Source: Dendrobates tinctorius (lineage: Eukaryota). Taken from it: a DNA stretch of 64,000 nt. Position 1 is the first letter of the stretch. Each line of letters starts with the position of its first letter. The notes beneath the pieces were generated by a model, which had not been told where the DNA came from, searched no databases, and saw nothing but the letters and a program-made list of their open reading frames with translations. Where the stretch lies: the NCBI RefSeq assembly GCF_039654945.1, contig NW_027361899.1:13392001-13456000 (forward strand), written 5' to 3'. Shown piece by piece: positions 48,914 to 62,090 of the stretch. The position numbers and the translations under genes were made by a program.

Positions 48914-51455
48914 TGTAATGTAAAATGTCTATAAAGTATGATGTTTCTAGAAATCTCCCATTTCACACTACTGAGGACATTGTCCACTGTCAGCTGGCAG
49001 CACTTCCCCCTCCCTTACAGCCCCCTCCTTCTGCCCCTTTTAGCAGCTGTCTATGTGTGTGCTTTTTGCCGGCATCTGAAACCTGATACCGGGCATTTCC
49101 TCTCGAAGCACAGCTAGGGGGAAAAGCAGCTTACCAATCTCTAATTTTCATAATCCTAATCCCTCCAGAACCTGAGATATGGATTGCTCCCAAACGGAGT
49201 GTCCTAAGTATGGCATGCTTGGTGTCGTCGGATTCTATTCGGTAAATCACAAACAATGATGCCCTATGTGTGTTGGTACGGGCTTTTCTCGTTTAGATAT
49301 AGTTATTCTAAGTTTTGTGGCCAAATCCTAACTTGGAGAGAGGGAGGTTGTACCTCTCCAGACCGCCCATTTCGTGAGGTCAAAGACCCTAGGCTATAGG
49401 TATTCCCTACCAAATTCCAGTCAGTTCAGCTGGAGTCCTCCTGCCAGAGAGACGTGCCGATGAGTGGGGACGTTTGGTTAACCGCCCCTCCCCCAGCCAC
49501 ATGGTCTGTCTAATACCAACTACGCACACGTGAATGTTACTTTCTGTTCTTTCATCCACTTTGTTTTATATTTGTATTTGTACATATGTAATGTCTCACT
49601 TTATTACAACTTTTGTATTTGTAATCTGCCTGATTTGGGGAATAAATCGTAAAATTATCAGTTTGACTCCATGCTCTAAGAAACGAACTATGCGCCTTTT
49701 TTAGATAATCGCTACTAATTTGGGGTCTTAATTAACTCTTTGATTAAGTAAAGCGTGGCTGGTGGCAGCGTGGTGTGCATGGCTGGCTAAGCTAGCTGGC
49801 AGTACAGACGGGTCTTACATGCTGAATGAGGGGCTGCGGCCACAGCATTGATAATTCCCTTACTGCAGTAGTCTAGCGGCCCGTGCACAGCAAGCAGCCC
49901 GTCCGACGACTAATTATCCTTGGTGCAGTTCCCAGACTGACCTGAGGGTAAGGGGTGCGCCGGAGAGCTGTGAGTTCCAAAGTGGAACTGAGAAAGTGGG
50001 ATATACAGAAATCCCCGCAGTTCTTGGAAGGTTGTTAGCAATGGTGGGGCATCCAAAATACCCCCCTGCGGTAAATTATTAGAGCAAGATTAGCTTGCTG
50101 TATTTTGTCACGTGGTGCCAGTGGTGGGATAACTAAGATAAGCCCCACTGTGCCTGTGATAGCCGTGTGCCGGCAGTGCATCGCGTCCCTCCGTCCGCTG
50201 ACAAACCCGTGTCGGTGGTGGGATCGTGACGTATTGGTGGCACAGGGTCAGCTGTCCGTCACAATTTGGCGGCAGCGGTGGGCCCGTTCGTCACATATTG
50301 GTGGCAGAGCGGTGGGATAATCCTAGAGCATTAGTGATTTGGTTTGAGCAATCATTCCTCTCACTAAAAACGTGCACGGTTCCTGCGGATATCCTGCATC
50401 ATAGGTTTTGGAGAACAGACTCAGTGGTTACTAGTCCTAAGACATTTTTGTGTACTTGCAAGTATTCCCTCCCTTTCTCTTCGTTTTTCTTTTCTATCTT
50501 TTATTTGGCAACCATGGCGGCAAAAGGAGAACACTGGTACAGACAGCAGAAAAAAGAAAACCTTGCTTCAGTATGCACGTACCGATACGTTGACGCCACA
50601 AACAAAACCAGAGACCAACTGATCGCGGCTCTGGTGCTGCTGGACAACGACCAGAGCCCAGCGGACGCAGAAGCTGGCCCAAGTGGCAATGGGGCTGCAG
50701 CAGAGGCTCCACTCCTGAACGCTGGCCCCACATTCAACCATAGCGGGCTGGACCCCTACCTGCAAGCGGCCTTGGACGCACTCCCCGCCGAAGACAGTGA
50801 AGGACGGGTGAGGCTGATCCAGCAATATCGGCAGGAGGCCCAAGCCGAAAGAGAGGCTGAGAGATCCGAGCGCCAGGCGCAGAAGACCCATGAACTGGAG
50901 GTGCTCCAGCGGGGGGGGGAATGCCCCCACAGCCCGAAGCAGTGAGCCCAGCAGCGTCCAGACTTCTAAACCCCGGCCAGAGCATTTTCCCGTGATGGAA
51001 AAAGACGGGGACTTGGACACGTTTCTGCGAGCCTTTGAGAAAGCCTGCCGACAGTACCGGCTGGATAAGGTCCAATGGGCCAGGGCTAAAAAGCAAAGCT
51101 CTGGAGGCGTTTGCTTTTCTCCCGTCAGAAGACGACGATGACTATGATGCCATAAAGCAGGCTCTGATCGCCAAATACCGGCTGACACCTGAGGTATACC
51201 GAAGTACTTGGACGACATCGCCATCTTCAGTTCCACCTGGGAGGAACACCTTCAGCATCTCCAGGAGGTGCTCAAGCGTCTTCACCAGGCAGGCCTGACT
51301 ATCAAGCCGGGAAAGTGCCAGATGGGCATGAGCTAGGTCCACTACCTGGGGCACCGGGTAGGCGGGGTTCCATGAGTCCGGAGCCAGAAAAGGTAGACAT
51401 AATCGCATCCTGGCCCACCCCCAGGACCAAGAAACAGGTGAAGTCCTTCTTGGGC
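48914..51455 (+). mobile_element. Gmr1-type Gypsy LTR retrotransposon, left half (LTR, leader, partial gag, RT fragment)
   Basis: Starts TGTAATG; tRNA-Leu-like PBS; gag from 50514 (MAAKGEHWY...DLDTFLRAFEK); jumps at ~51204 to [19 protein letters not shown]...HYLGH. Confidence 0.85.
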
Positions 51456-51484
51456 TGGAGAGTTGCACAGGGCTGCTTTCAAAG

Positions 51485-54400
51485 CAGGTGGAACTGAAGA
51501 TGGCGATGCCGTCCAAGTACGCCACTGCGTACTCCTCTTGTCCCCGGAGCAGGTGGTTGATCATCCGCTGGAAAGTGGCAGGGGCATTTTTCATGCCGAA
51601 GGGCATGACTGTGGACTCGTACAGTCCAAAGGGGGTGATAAAGGCGGATTTCTCCTGCGCCTCATAATCTGCCAGTATCCCAGACTCAGATCCATGATGG
51701 ATATGTACCTTGCTTTTGCCAACCGCTCAAGCAGATCCTCGATGCGCGGCATCGGGTGGGCATCAGAGGTTGTGACGGCGTTGAACCCCCTATAATCCAC
51801 GCAGAACCGGGTGGTTCGATCCTTTTTAGGCACGAGGACTACAGGTGAGGCCCACGTGCTTTTGGACCGTCGAATCACCCCCAGCCTTAACATCTCCTCG
51901 ATCTCTTGGCGCATGACTTGTTGCACTGCCTCAGAGATCTGATAAGGTGTTCGCCGTAGTGGGGCGTGATTCCCGGTGTCCACCTCATGAACCGCTAACT
52001 CCGTCCTCCCAGGTCGGTTGGTGAACACGGCCCGGAAGGGTTCCAGGGCTTCCACCAACTGCGACCGCTGGGATACGGTTAGCAAACCACTTATCTCCAT
52101 GTCCTCAATGGACCCTTTGGCCTTGGCTTGGGCCAGCATGTCCAGGAGGGGATCTTCCTCCCCATCCTCGGGCAGGTTGCAGACCGGTAGGACGCAAGCT
52201 TCACGTTCGTGGTGCGTCTTCAGCATGTTGACGTGAAAGGCCTTGCGCCTACCCCGAGCATGGTCAAGCGTGACCACGTAGGTGACTGGGTTGAGTTGTT
52301 GGTGGACGACGTATGGGCCTTCCCAGGCTGCCTGAAGCTTATCCGTTGGTACGGGGACCAGCACCCACACCTTTTGACCCACCTGGTAGGTCTGCTCCCG
52401 GGTATTCTGGTCGTACCAGTGCTTCTGGTCAGCCTGAGCCTGCGTCATGTTGTCATGCACCAACTGCGTCAAGGTCTGCATCTTGTCACGGAAACGCATG
52501 ACATAATCCACAATGGACACTTCTGTGGGGTTTGGCTCATCTTCCCAGGATTCTCTTATCAACCCAAGGGGTCCCCGGACTCGCCTGCCATACAGGAGCT
52601 CGAAGGGGGAGAACCCGGTCGAGGCCTGCGGAACTTCTCTGTAAGCGAACAGCAGGTGTGGGAGGTACCGCTCCCAGTCGCGCCCTTGGGTCTCAACCAG
52701 CATGCGGAGCATCTGTTTGAGGGTACCGTTGAAGCGTTCACACAAACCATTAGTCTGTGGGTGATACGCACTCGATACCTGGTGCTTCACCTGAATTCTC
52801 TTACAGAGAGCCTCCACTAGGCGAGACATGAATTGGGTCCCTTGATCGGTAAGCATCTCCCTGGGAAATCCTACCCTCGAAAACATGGTCACCAGTGCGT
52901 CAGCCACCTTATCTGTCCTGGTTGAAGACAGAGCTACTGCCTCTGGGTACCGGGTAGCATAGTCTACCACGGTGAGAATGTATCGCTTTCCAGAGCTGCT
53001 GGGGACGGCCAGCGGGCCTACAATGTCCACCATGATTCTCTGGAAAGGCTCCTCTATCACCAGCAAAGGAATAAGGGGAGCCTTAAGAGCAGGCCCCGCC
53101 TTACCCACTTTTTTGACAGGTGTTACAGGTGCGGCAGTATTGTGTTACCTCTGTCCCCATCTTGGGCCAAGAGAAGTGTTGAGACAGCCGTGCCTTTGTT
53201 TTGCTGATCCCCAAGTGTCCAGCGAGTGGAATCTCATGGGCAATCTGCAACAACTCAGTCCTGAACTGTAGGGGGACGACTAGCTGTCTTTCCCTCAACC
53301 ACTCTTTTTGGGAATCTCCGGGTACTGTCTCCCGGTACAACCTTCCTCGTTCCAAGAACACCCTCTCCTTATCAGGCTCGGAGGTGGGCGTCTCGGCGAG
53401 GTGTCTCAATTTCTCCAGGCTTGCATCTCAGTGCAGAGCTGCCTGGAACTCCTTGCTGGAGGCTGCCAGAAGCGACATCAGGGTTCCTTCCTTACTGGGA
53501 CCCTCTGGAACCTGCTCTGGGTTCACCTCTGGTTCAGTCTCTCCTGTAGCAGAAGAGGGTCCAGAAGACAGGGCGCTACCTGCGATCTGGGCACTCTGAC
53601 TGCGTGTGACAGCTGCTATGTATGCTGTCTCCCTGAGGATTTCTACAGACCCACCAATCGGTGCTGCTATGGGCCCTACTTCCCCATCCACCCCCAACAC
53701 TTCAGGAGCAGTGCTACTTATGAGCCAGTTACCTTCCTCGGTGGCACTGGTCAGTTGCATGGCATTACCTTCCTCATGGTCCCCATGCACTTACCCATTT
53801 CCTTGAGCACCGTTGCTCGTTCCTGCCAGGGGTTCCTCAGCCGTCTCACTCCGCAGAGTGACGGGGCTGAGCACTTCGGTACCTGTGGACACATCTATCG
53901 TTTCAAAGAAATGGTTAACAGGTTCAGTCGGCACAGATACATCATCATCATCATCATCACCACTCCTAGGGAAAGAATGGTTATCGGATTTCTTTGGTAC
54001 ATTTACAACACCATCAGCATCATTCCTGGGGAGAGAATGGTTGTTAGTTGCATCATTACTCATCAAGGCATTAGCAGGTAACACATTCAGTTTCCCATCA
54101 TCATCATCAACACCAGGGTTAACGTTACCCTTATTATCAGATTGGGGAAGGGTGTCAGGGACGTAGTATGCAACCATCCTTCCCAAGTCAGTCCCCAATA
54201 AAACAACAGTGGGCAGGTTTTCAGACACTCCCACTTCCCTCACCCCGTTCCCAGCACCCCAATCAAGAAAAACCCGGGCCACTCGCAAGGGACAGCGGGT
54301 ACCCCCGATCCCGGTGACAGTCAGGGTTTTCCCCTCAACAAACTCTTCAGGGGCCGCCAGTCCAGGACACATGAGGGTTCGTTCAGCCCCGGTGTCCTTG

Positions 54401-57282
54401 AGGCCTGTAGCAAGACGGGCCCCCACCTGGACGGGTTGAACGTTGTCGTCAATCCTCCCAACCACACCTCCCACCAAAAGAACAGAGTTGTTGGGCCCAG
54501 AGGCCTTCGCTGGGGGGTTCTTCGGCTTTTCCGCACAGGTGTAACTGAGGTGACCAGGCCGCTTGCAGTGGAAACACAGGCGACTGTCAGTAGCAGGCCT
54601 GGTGTTGGCAACAGGGAGAAATGGCTAGCTGGGGCACTGGGGTTGGTTGCAGGCTTACCCCCTCTCCAGCTGGTGGTGACTGGCCTCCGCGTCTCTGGCT
54701 TCCAGTTGGCCTCGTAGTTGTCGGCGATCTGCACCGCTTTGTCCGCGTTCGTTGGTTCGCGGTCCAGGATCAACTGTCGCACCTCAGCTGGGCAAAGATG
54801 CAGGAACTGGTCTTTGATCATCAGGTCCCGTAGCTGCTCAAAGGAATCAGCGGACAGTCCATGGATCCACTGGTCAAATTCCTTGCACCACATCATTATA
54901 GCTATCGTGTGGGCCACGTTGGAGGTTCCGGAACTTCTTTCGGTATACCTCAGGTGTCAGCCGGTATTTGGCGATCAGTGCCTGCTTGATGGCATCATAG
55001 TCGTCGTCTTCTGACGGCAGAGAAGCAAACGCCTCCAGAGCTTTGCATTTTAGCCCTGAGGTCAAGTACCTGGCCCATTGGACCTTATCCAGCCGGTACT
55101 GTCGGCAGGCTTTCTCAAAGGCTCGCAGAAATGTGTCCAAATCCCTGTCCTTTTCCATCACAGGAAAATGCTCTGGCCGGGGTTTAGGAGTTTGGACGCT
55201 GCTGGGATCACTGCTTCAGGCTATGAGGGCATTCCACCCCCGCTGGAGCATCTCCAGTTCATGGGCCCTCTGAGCTTTTCGTTCAGCCTCTCTTTCGGCT
55301 CGGGCCTCCTACCGATATTGCTCTATCAGCCTCACCCGTCCTTCACTGTCTTCGGCAGGGAGTGCGTCCAAGGCTGCTTGCAGGTAGAGGTCCAGCCCGC
55401 TCTGGTTGAATGTGGGGCCAGCGCTAAGGAGTGGAGCCTCTGCTGCAGCCCCATTGTCACTTGGGCCAGCTTCTGCGCCCGCTGGACTCTGGGTGTTGTA
55501 CAGCTGCACCAGAGCTGCGATCAATTGATCTCTGGTTTTGCTTGTGGCGTCAATGTCTTGGTACGTGCATACTGCAGCAAGGTTTTCCTTTTGCCGCCAT
55601 GGTTGCCAAATAAAAGATAGGAAAGAAAAATGGAGAGAAAGGGAGGGAATACTTGCAAGTACACAAAAATGTCTCAGGACTAGTAACCACTGAGTCTGTT
55701 CTCCAAAACCTGTGATGCAGGATTCCCGCAGGAACCGTGCAGGTTTTTAGTGAAAGGAATGATTACTCAAACCAAATCACTAATCACCGCTGGCACCAAT
55801 ATGTGAGGAACGGGCGGATTGCTTTCGCCAAATTGCGACGGACAGCGGACCCTGTGCCACCAACAGGTCACGATCCCACCACCGATACGGGTTTGTCAGC
55901 GGACGGAGGGACGTGACGCACTGCCGGCACACGGCTATCACAGGCACAGTGGGGCTTATCTTAGTTATCCCAACACTGGTACCATGTGACAAAAACACAG
56001 CAAGCTTGCTCTAACAATTTATTGCAGGGGGGTATTTTGGTTGCCCCGCCACTGCTAACAACCTTCCAAGAACTGCGGGGATTTATGTATATCCCACTTT
56101 CTCAGTTCCACTTTGGAACTCGCAGCTCTCCGGTGCCCCCTTACCCTCAGGTCAGTCAGGGAACTGCACCTAGGATAATTAGTCGCCGGACGGGCTGCTT
56201 GTTGTGCACGGGCAATTAGACTACTGCAGTACTGGAATTATCAATGCTGTGGCCTCAACCACTCATTCAGCAATATAAGACCCTTCTGTACTGCCAGCTA
56301 GCCTCGTCAGCCACGCACACCACGCTGCCACCAGCTCCTGGTTTCTCCACTTAAGTTATAGACTTAATGGAGGGGTTCGAAGCCAACCCGATCAGTAGCG
56401 TAATTATCTAAAATAGATTTTATCATTTATTCCCAAAAGAATGCGGGCAGTGATTACATAGATAAAAGTTGCTATAAAGTTGAGACATTACATATGTACA
56501 ATACAAATATAACATAAAGGGGATTAAAAAGACAGAAAGTAACACATGTGCTTAGTCAGTATCAGGCAGTCCATGTGGCTGGGGAGAGAAGGCGGAGCCA
56601 CACGTCTCCACTCATCTGGGTTCTGGTCGGCACGGACGCTGTAGCTCCCACTGACTCATTGTAAGGGAGGGGTGCCTTATAGCCCAGGGTCTGTGACATC
56701 ACGAAAGGGGCAGTCTGCATAAGTTCATCCCCCCTTTTTCCATGTTGCCAATTAACTAAAAAACTTATGATAACCATATCTCAACGAGGGAAGCTCGTAT
56801 CAACACACTGAGGGCCTCATAGGTTGTAGTTCATCAAATGTAATAAAGCAACATCAGACATGACATACTTAGGACACTCCGTTTGGGAGCAATCCATATC
56901 TCAGGTTCTGGCGGTGATAGAACTTTGCAAGAGCCACCGTAGGGAAGCCGAGTCCGCGCAGATCACAGAACTGTCCGTTTCGTTTTTCTGTCGTGTTCGG
57001 AGCCCATGCTAGCCTATTTTAATATCTCTCATAGGTTTATTTCAGACACATGTCCCAGAAAACAAAGGACTTCCTTTAGCTTAACTAATTAACATTCCTT
57101 TCTGTGGAGATGGGCCAAATGCTATAGGGGAAGAGTCCTATTACCAGTGCAGACACAAGCTGTTAAGGAGGGGGAAGGAGGTAAGCTGTAGGAGCTGACA
57201 GGCTGAATTTCTCATCAGAGTGAAGTGGGAGATTTCTAGAAGGTTCTAGAAACATCATACTTTATAGACATTTTACATTACA
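51485..57282 (-). mobile_element. Gmr1-type Gypsy LTR retrotransposon, right half (LTR, gag with SCAN-like domain, protease, integrase, RT up to YLDG)
   Basis: Protease LKDTGAE; HHCC zinc finger (AHEIPLAGHLG...CNTC); DDE core (MVDIVGP, LTDQGTQF, GLCERFN); GPY; then RT ([27 protein letters not shown]). Order PR-INT-RT; several frameshifts. Confidence 0.92.
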
Positions 57283-59597
57283 AAGAATACAGCTACTATA
57301 ATACTGCCCCTATGTACAAGAATATAATTACTATAATTCTGCCCCTATGTACAGGAATATAACTACTATAATACTGCTCCTATGTACAAGAATATAACTA
57401 CTATAATACTGCCCCCTATGTACAAGAATATAACTACTAAATACTGCTCCTATGTACAAGAATATAACTACTATAATACTGCCCCCTATGTACAAGAATA
57501 TAACTACTATAATACTGCCCCTATGTACAAGAATATAGCTACTATATTTCTGCCCCTATATACAAGAATATAACTACTATAATACTGCTCCTATGTACAA
57601 GAATATAACTACTATAATACAGCTCCTATGTACAAGAATATAACTACTATAATACTGCCCCTATGTACAAGAATATAACTACTATATTTCTGCCCCTATA
57701 TACAAGAATATAACTACTATAATACTGCCCCTATATACAAGAATATAACTACTATAATACTACCCCTATGTAAAAGAATATAACTACTATAATACTGCCC
57801 CTATGTACAAGAATATCACTACTATAATACTGCTCCTATATACAAGAATATAACTACTATAATACTGCTCCTATGTACAAGAATATAACTACTATAATAC
57901 TGCCCCCTATGTACAAGAATATAACTACTATAATACTGCCCCCTATGTACAAGAATATAACTACTATAATACTGCCCCTATGTACAAGAATATCACTACT
58001 ATAATACTGCTCCTATATGCAAGAATATAACTACTATAATACTGCCCCTATGTACAGGAATATAACTACTATAATACTGTTCCTATGTACAAGAATATAA
58101 CTACTATAATACTGCCCCTATGTACAAGAATATAACTACTATATTTCTGCCCCTATATACAAGAATATAACTACTATAATACTGCCCCACTGTACAAGAA
58201 TATAACTACTATAATACTGCCCCCTATGTACAAGAATATAACTACTATAATACTGCCCCCTATGTACAAGAATATAACTACTATAATACTGCCCCTATGT
58301 ACAAGAATATCACTACTATAATACTGCTCCTATATACAAGAATATAACTACTATAATACTGCCCCTATGTACAGGAATATAACTACTATAATACTGCTCC
58401 TATGTACAAGAATATAACTACTATAATACTGCCCCTATGTACAAGAATATAACTACTATAATACTGCCCCCTATGTACAAGAATATAACTACTATAATAC
58501 TGCCCCTATGTACAAGAATATAACTACTATAATACTGCTCCTATATACAAGAATATAACTACTATAATACTGCCCCTATGTACAGGAATATAACTACTAT
58601 AATACTGCTCCTATGTACAAGAATATAACTACTATAATACTGCCCCCTATGTACAAGAATATAACTACTATAATACTGCCCCCTATGTACAAGAATATAA
58701 CTACTATAATACTGCCCCCTATGTACAAGAATATTACTACTATAATACTGCCCCCTATGTACAAGAATATAACTACTATAATACTGCCCCTATGTACAGG
58801 AATATAACTACTATAATACTGCCCCTATGTACAAGAATATAACTACTATATTTCTGCCCCTATATACAAGAATATAACTACTATTATACTACTCCAATGT
58901 ACAAGAATATAACTACTATAATACTGCCCCTATGTACAAGAATATAACTACTATAATACTGCCCCTATGTACAAGAATATAACTACTATAATACTGCCCC
59001 TATGTACAAGAATATAACTACTATATTTCTGCCCCTTATACAAGAATATAACTACTATAATACTGCTCCTATGTACAAGAATATAACTACTATAATACTG
59101 CCCCCTATGTACAAGAATATAACTACTATAATACTGCCCCTATGTACAAGAATATCACTACTATAATACTGCTCCTATATACAAGAATATAACTACTATA
59201 ATACTGCTCCTATGTACAAGAATATAACTACTATAATACTGCCCCCTATGTACAAGAATATAACTACTATAATACTGCCCCCTATGTACAAGAATATAAC
59301 TACTATAATACTGCCCCTATGTACAAGAATATAACTACTATAATACTGCTCCTATGTACAAGAATATAACTACTATAATACTGCCCCTATGTACAAGAAT
59401 ATAACTACTATAATACTGCTCCTATGTACAAGAATATAACTACTATAATACTGCTCCTATGTACAAGAATATAACTACTATAATACTGCTCCTATGTACA
59501 AGAATGTAACTACTATAATACTGCCCCTATGTACAAGAATATAACTACTATAATACTGCTCCTATGTACAAGAATATAACTACTATAATACTGCCCC
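57283..59597. repeat. 35-36-bp satellite array, right part
   Basis: Same unit and orientation as the left array. Confidence 0.97.
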
Positions 59598-60124
59598 TCA
59601 TGAGTAATACTGCTTAGCAGTTGAAACACGTCGACTGGGTCATGTCGACCATGAACATTTTCATTTGTACGCACTATATTTTGCTTTGAAAAATAAAAAT
59701 AAAAGTAAAATCCAGTCCTGTTGAGCCAGACTCCAATTTTTTCTATTATATTTTTGATGTGTGGTAGTCTTCTTTTCCGCCCTTTTCCCTTTCTGTGCAA
59801 ATTATTTTTATCATTGTAATTAAATAAAATTTATTCTTCTCACTTAATTTGGGTTTTAAACCCTGTGTCTTTCTTTGTTCAGGGTTTTGCTGGTGACTGA
59901 TGTTGATATTTGCACCTTTTGTTCTTCCACAAGTCGATTATTGTGTTTTACAAGTCATCGATCAATAATCGTCTGCACCGTCCGACTGATCCATTCTGTT
60001 TCCAAGTCATTATTTGTCTTTTGGGAATGACTAGAAACCTATTACCTGTTATGTGCATGAAGTGACACGTACGTTACACTACCTTATTGATATAACCTGG
60101 GCATCTTCTGTATATAATTGTAAA

Positions 60125-62090
60125 CAATGCCTTGAAAAAGTATTCATACTCCGTGAACTTTTTCACATTACACCCACAAAAGTAAATGTATTTTATTGGG
60201 ATTTTATGTGATATCAACACAAAGCAGCAAATATTTGTGAAATGAAAAGGAAATGATACAGGGGTTTCTAATTATTTTAAGAATATAAATTTGACAGTTG
60301 TGAGGTGCATTAGTATTCAGCCCCCTGTGAAGTCTGTTACCCCTAAGTAAAATCCTGAGAGACCAATTGTCTCCATAAGTCACATAATCGGCACCTTAAT
60401 TCTATCTGGGTGTGATTTGTTTTTGGTATAACTACCACTGGTCTGTGATGGCCTCAGAGGTTAGTGTGAGAACATTAGTGATCAAACAGCATTACGAAAA
60501 CCAAGGAGCTCACCAGACATGTCAGGGATAAAGTTGTGGACAAGAGTAAAACATGGTTAGTTTATTAAAAAATTAGCCCAAGATCTGAACATCTCACAGA
60601 GCTCTCTTTAATCCATCATCCAAAAATTGGAGGAGTTTGGCACAACTGCAAAGCTACCAAGACATGGCCGTCCACCTACACTGACATCCCGAGAGGAGAC
60701 CACAAATTGGAGAAGCAGCCAAGAGGTCCATGGTCACTGGAGGAGCTGCAGTGATCCACAGCTCAGGGGGGAGAATCTGTCCACAGGAAAACGATTAGTT
60801 GCTGTCACGGGGTCCTTCTCTGGTATCACACAATCAACAGAGCAAGAGGAGAGTGAACAATTCCAAGACATTTATTTAGGCAAAAATATGAAAAGTCCAT
60901 ATTCAGTCCACCACACAAAGGATAGATAGTCCAGAATCTGAATGCAGTTCAGTAACAGTATAACATGTCCAGGGAGATGAGAGTCCAAAATCCAGCTGAC
61001 AGTGGATAACATGTTCCATATATTCTTCTTTCTCTCAGAAGTCCTGTCTTCACACCATGCTCTGCACACAGCAACTGACTTGTCCAGCCCCTATCCTCCC
61101 CAGCCCCCCTCATTATGTCCAGGGAGTCAAAACAGGTTGGGGGCCAGTCTTCAGGCCTCCCAGACTTGACAAAAGGTGCCTGGGGGATTATGACACTACA
61201 GGGGGTCATCAAGAGTCATAGATAAAAGTCAGGCTGCAGACATACAAGGCATCAAGATTAACACTATGCAAATCAGTGAAATAGCAATATACACAAAATG
61301 ATATCCATATAGCATATCACACCATCACAGTTGCATACTCCACAAATTTGGTCTTTATGGAAGAACAGCAAGAAGAGAAATATTTTTTGAAAGCCATAAG
61401 AAGTCCCGTTTGCAGTTTGTAAAAAGCCATGTAGGGGACACAGCAAGCATGTGGAAGAAGTTGCTCTGGTCAGATGAGACCAAAGGGGAACATTCTGGAC
61501 AAAATAAAAAAAAGCTATGTGTGGCGGAAAACTAACACTAACCATCACCCTGAAAACACCATCCCCTCCATCACACATGGTGGTGGCAGTATCCTGCTGT
61601 GGGGAGACCTTACTTTACCCAGGACAGGGAAGCTGGTCAGAGGTGATAGGCAGATGGATGGAACTAAATGCAGGGCATTCCTGGTGGACAACCTATTAGA
61701 GGCTGCAAAAGTCTTGAGACTGGGGCATAGGTTCACTTTCCAGCAGGACAACGACCCTAATCATCCTGCCAGAGCTACAGTGAAGGGTTTAGCTCCGAGC
61801 ATATTCCTGTGTGTGAACGGCCCAGTCACAGTCCAGACCCGAATCCCAGAGAATCTGTGACAAGACTCGAAAATTGCTGATCACAGACGTCTCCATCCAA
61901 TGTCACTGAGCCAGATTTATATCATTAATATATTTAGAAAATATTCTGCCATTCCCCTTACACGTCACTAATACTTGTTACTTCGTGTTGAGATCACAGA
62001 AAGTCCCAATAGAATGCATTTAAATTTGTGGACGGAACGCGAAAAAATGTGGAAAAGTTCACGGGGTATGAAGACTTTTTCTCGACGCTG
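60125..62090 (+). mobile_element. Decayed Tc1-like transposon
   Basis: Diverged TIRs (CAATGCCTTGAAAAAGTATTCATAC / GTATGAAGACTTTTTCTCGACGCTG-TA); LPRHGRP, LWSDET, HGGGSILLWG, FQQDNDPNH. Confidence 0.88.
60803..61329 (-). mobile_element. Solo LTR inserted in the Tc1
   Basis: TGTCAC...ATCACA termini, 5-bp TSD GTTGC; AATAAA on the minus strand at ~60871-60876. Confidence 0.85.

Noticed and set aside
48897-57299. Apparent 17-bp TSD around the Gypsy composite
   Set aside because: It is just the satellite unit, has two mismatches, and is not an integrase-type TSD length.
46268-59597. CRISPR-like 35-36-bp periodicity
   Set aside because: Head-to-tail satellite without unique spacers, no cas genes, eukaryotic context.
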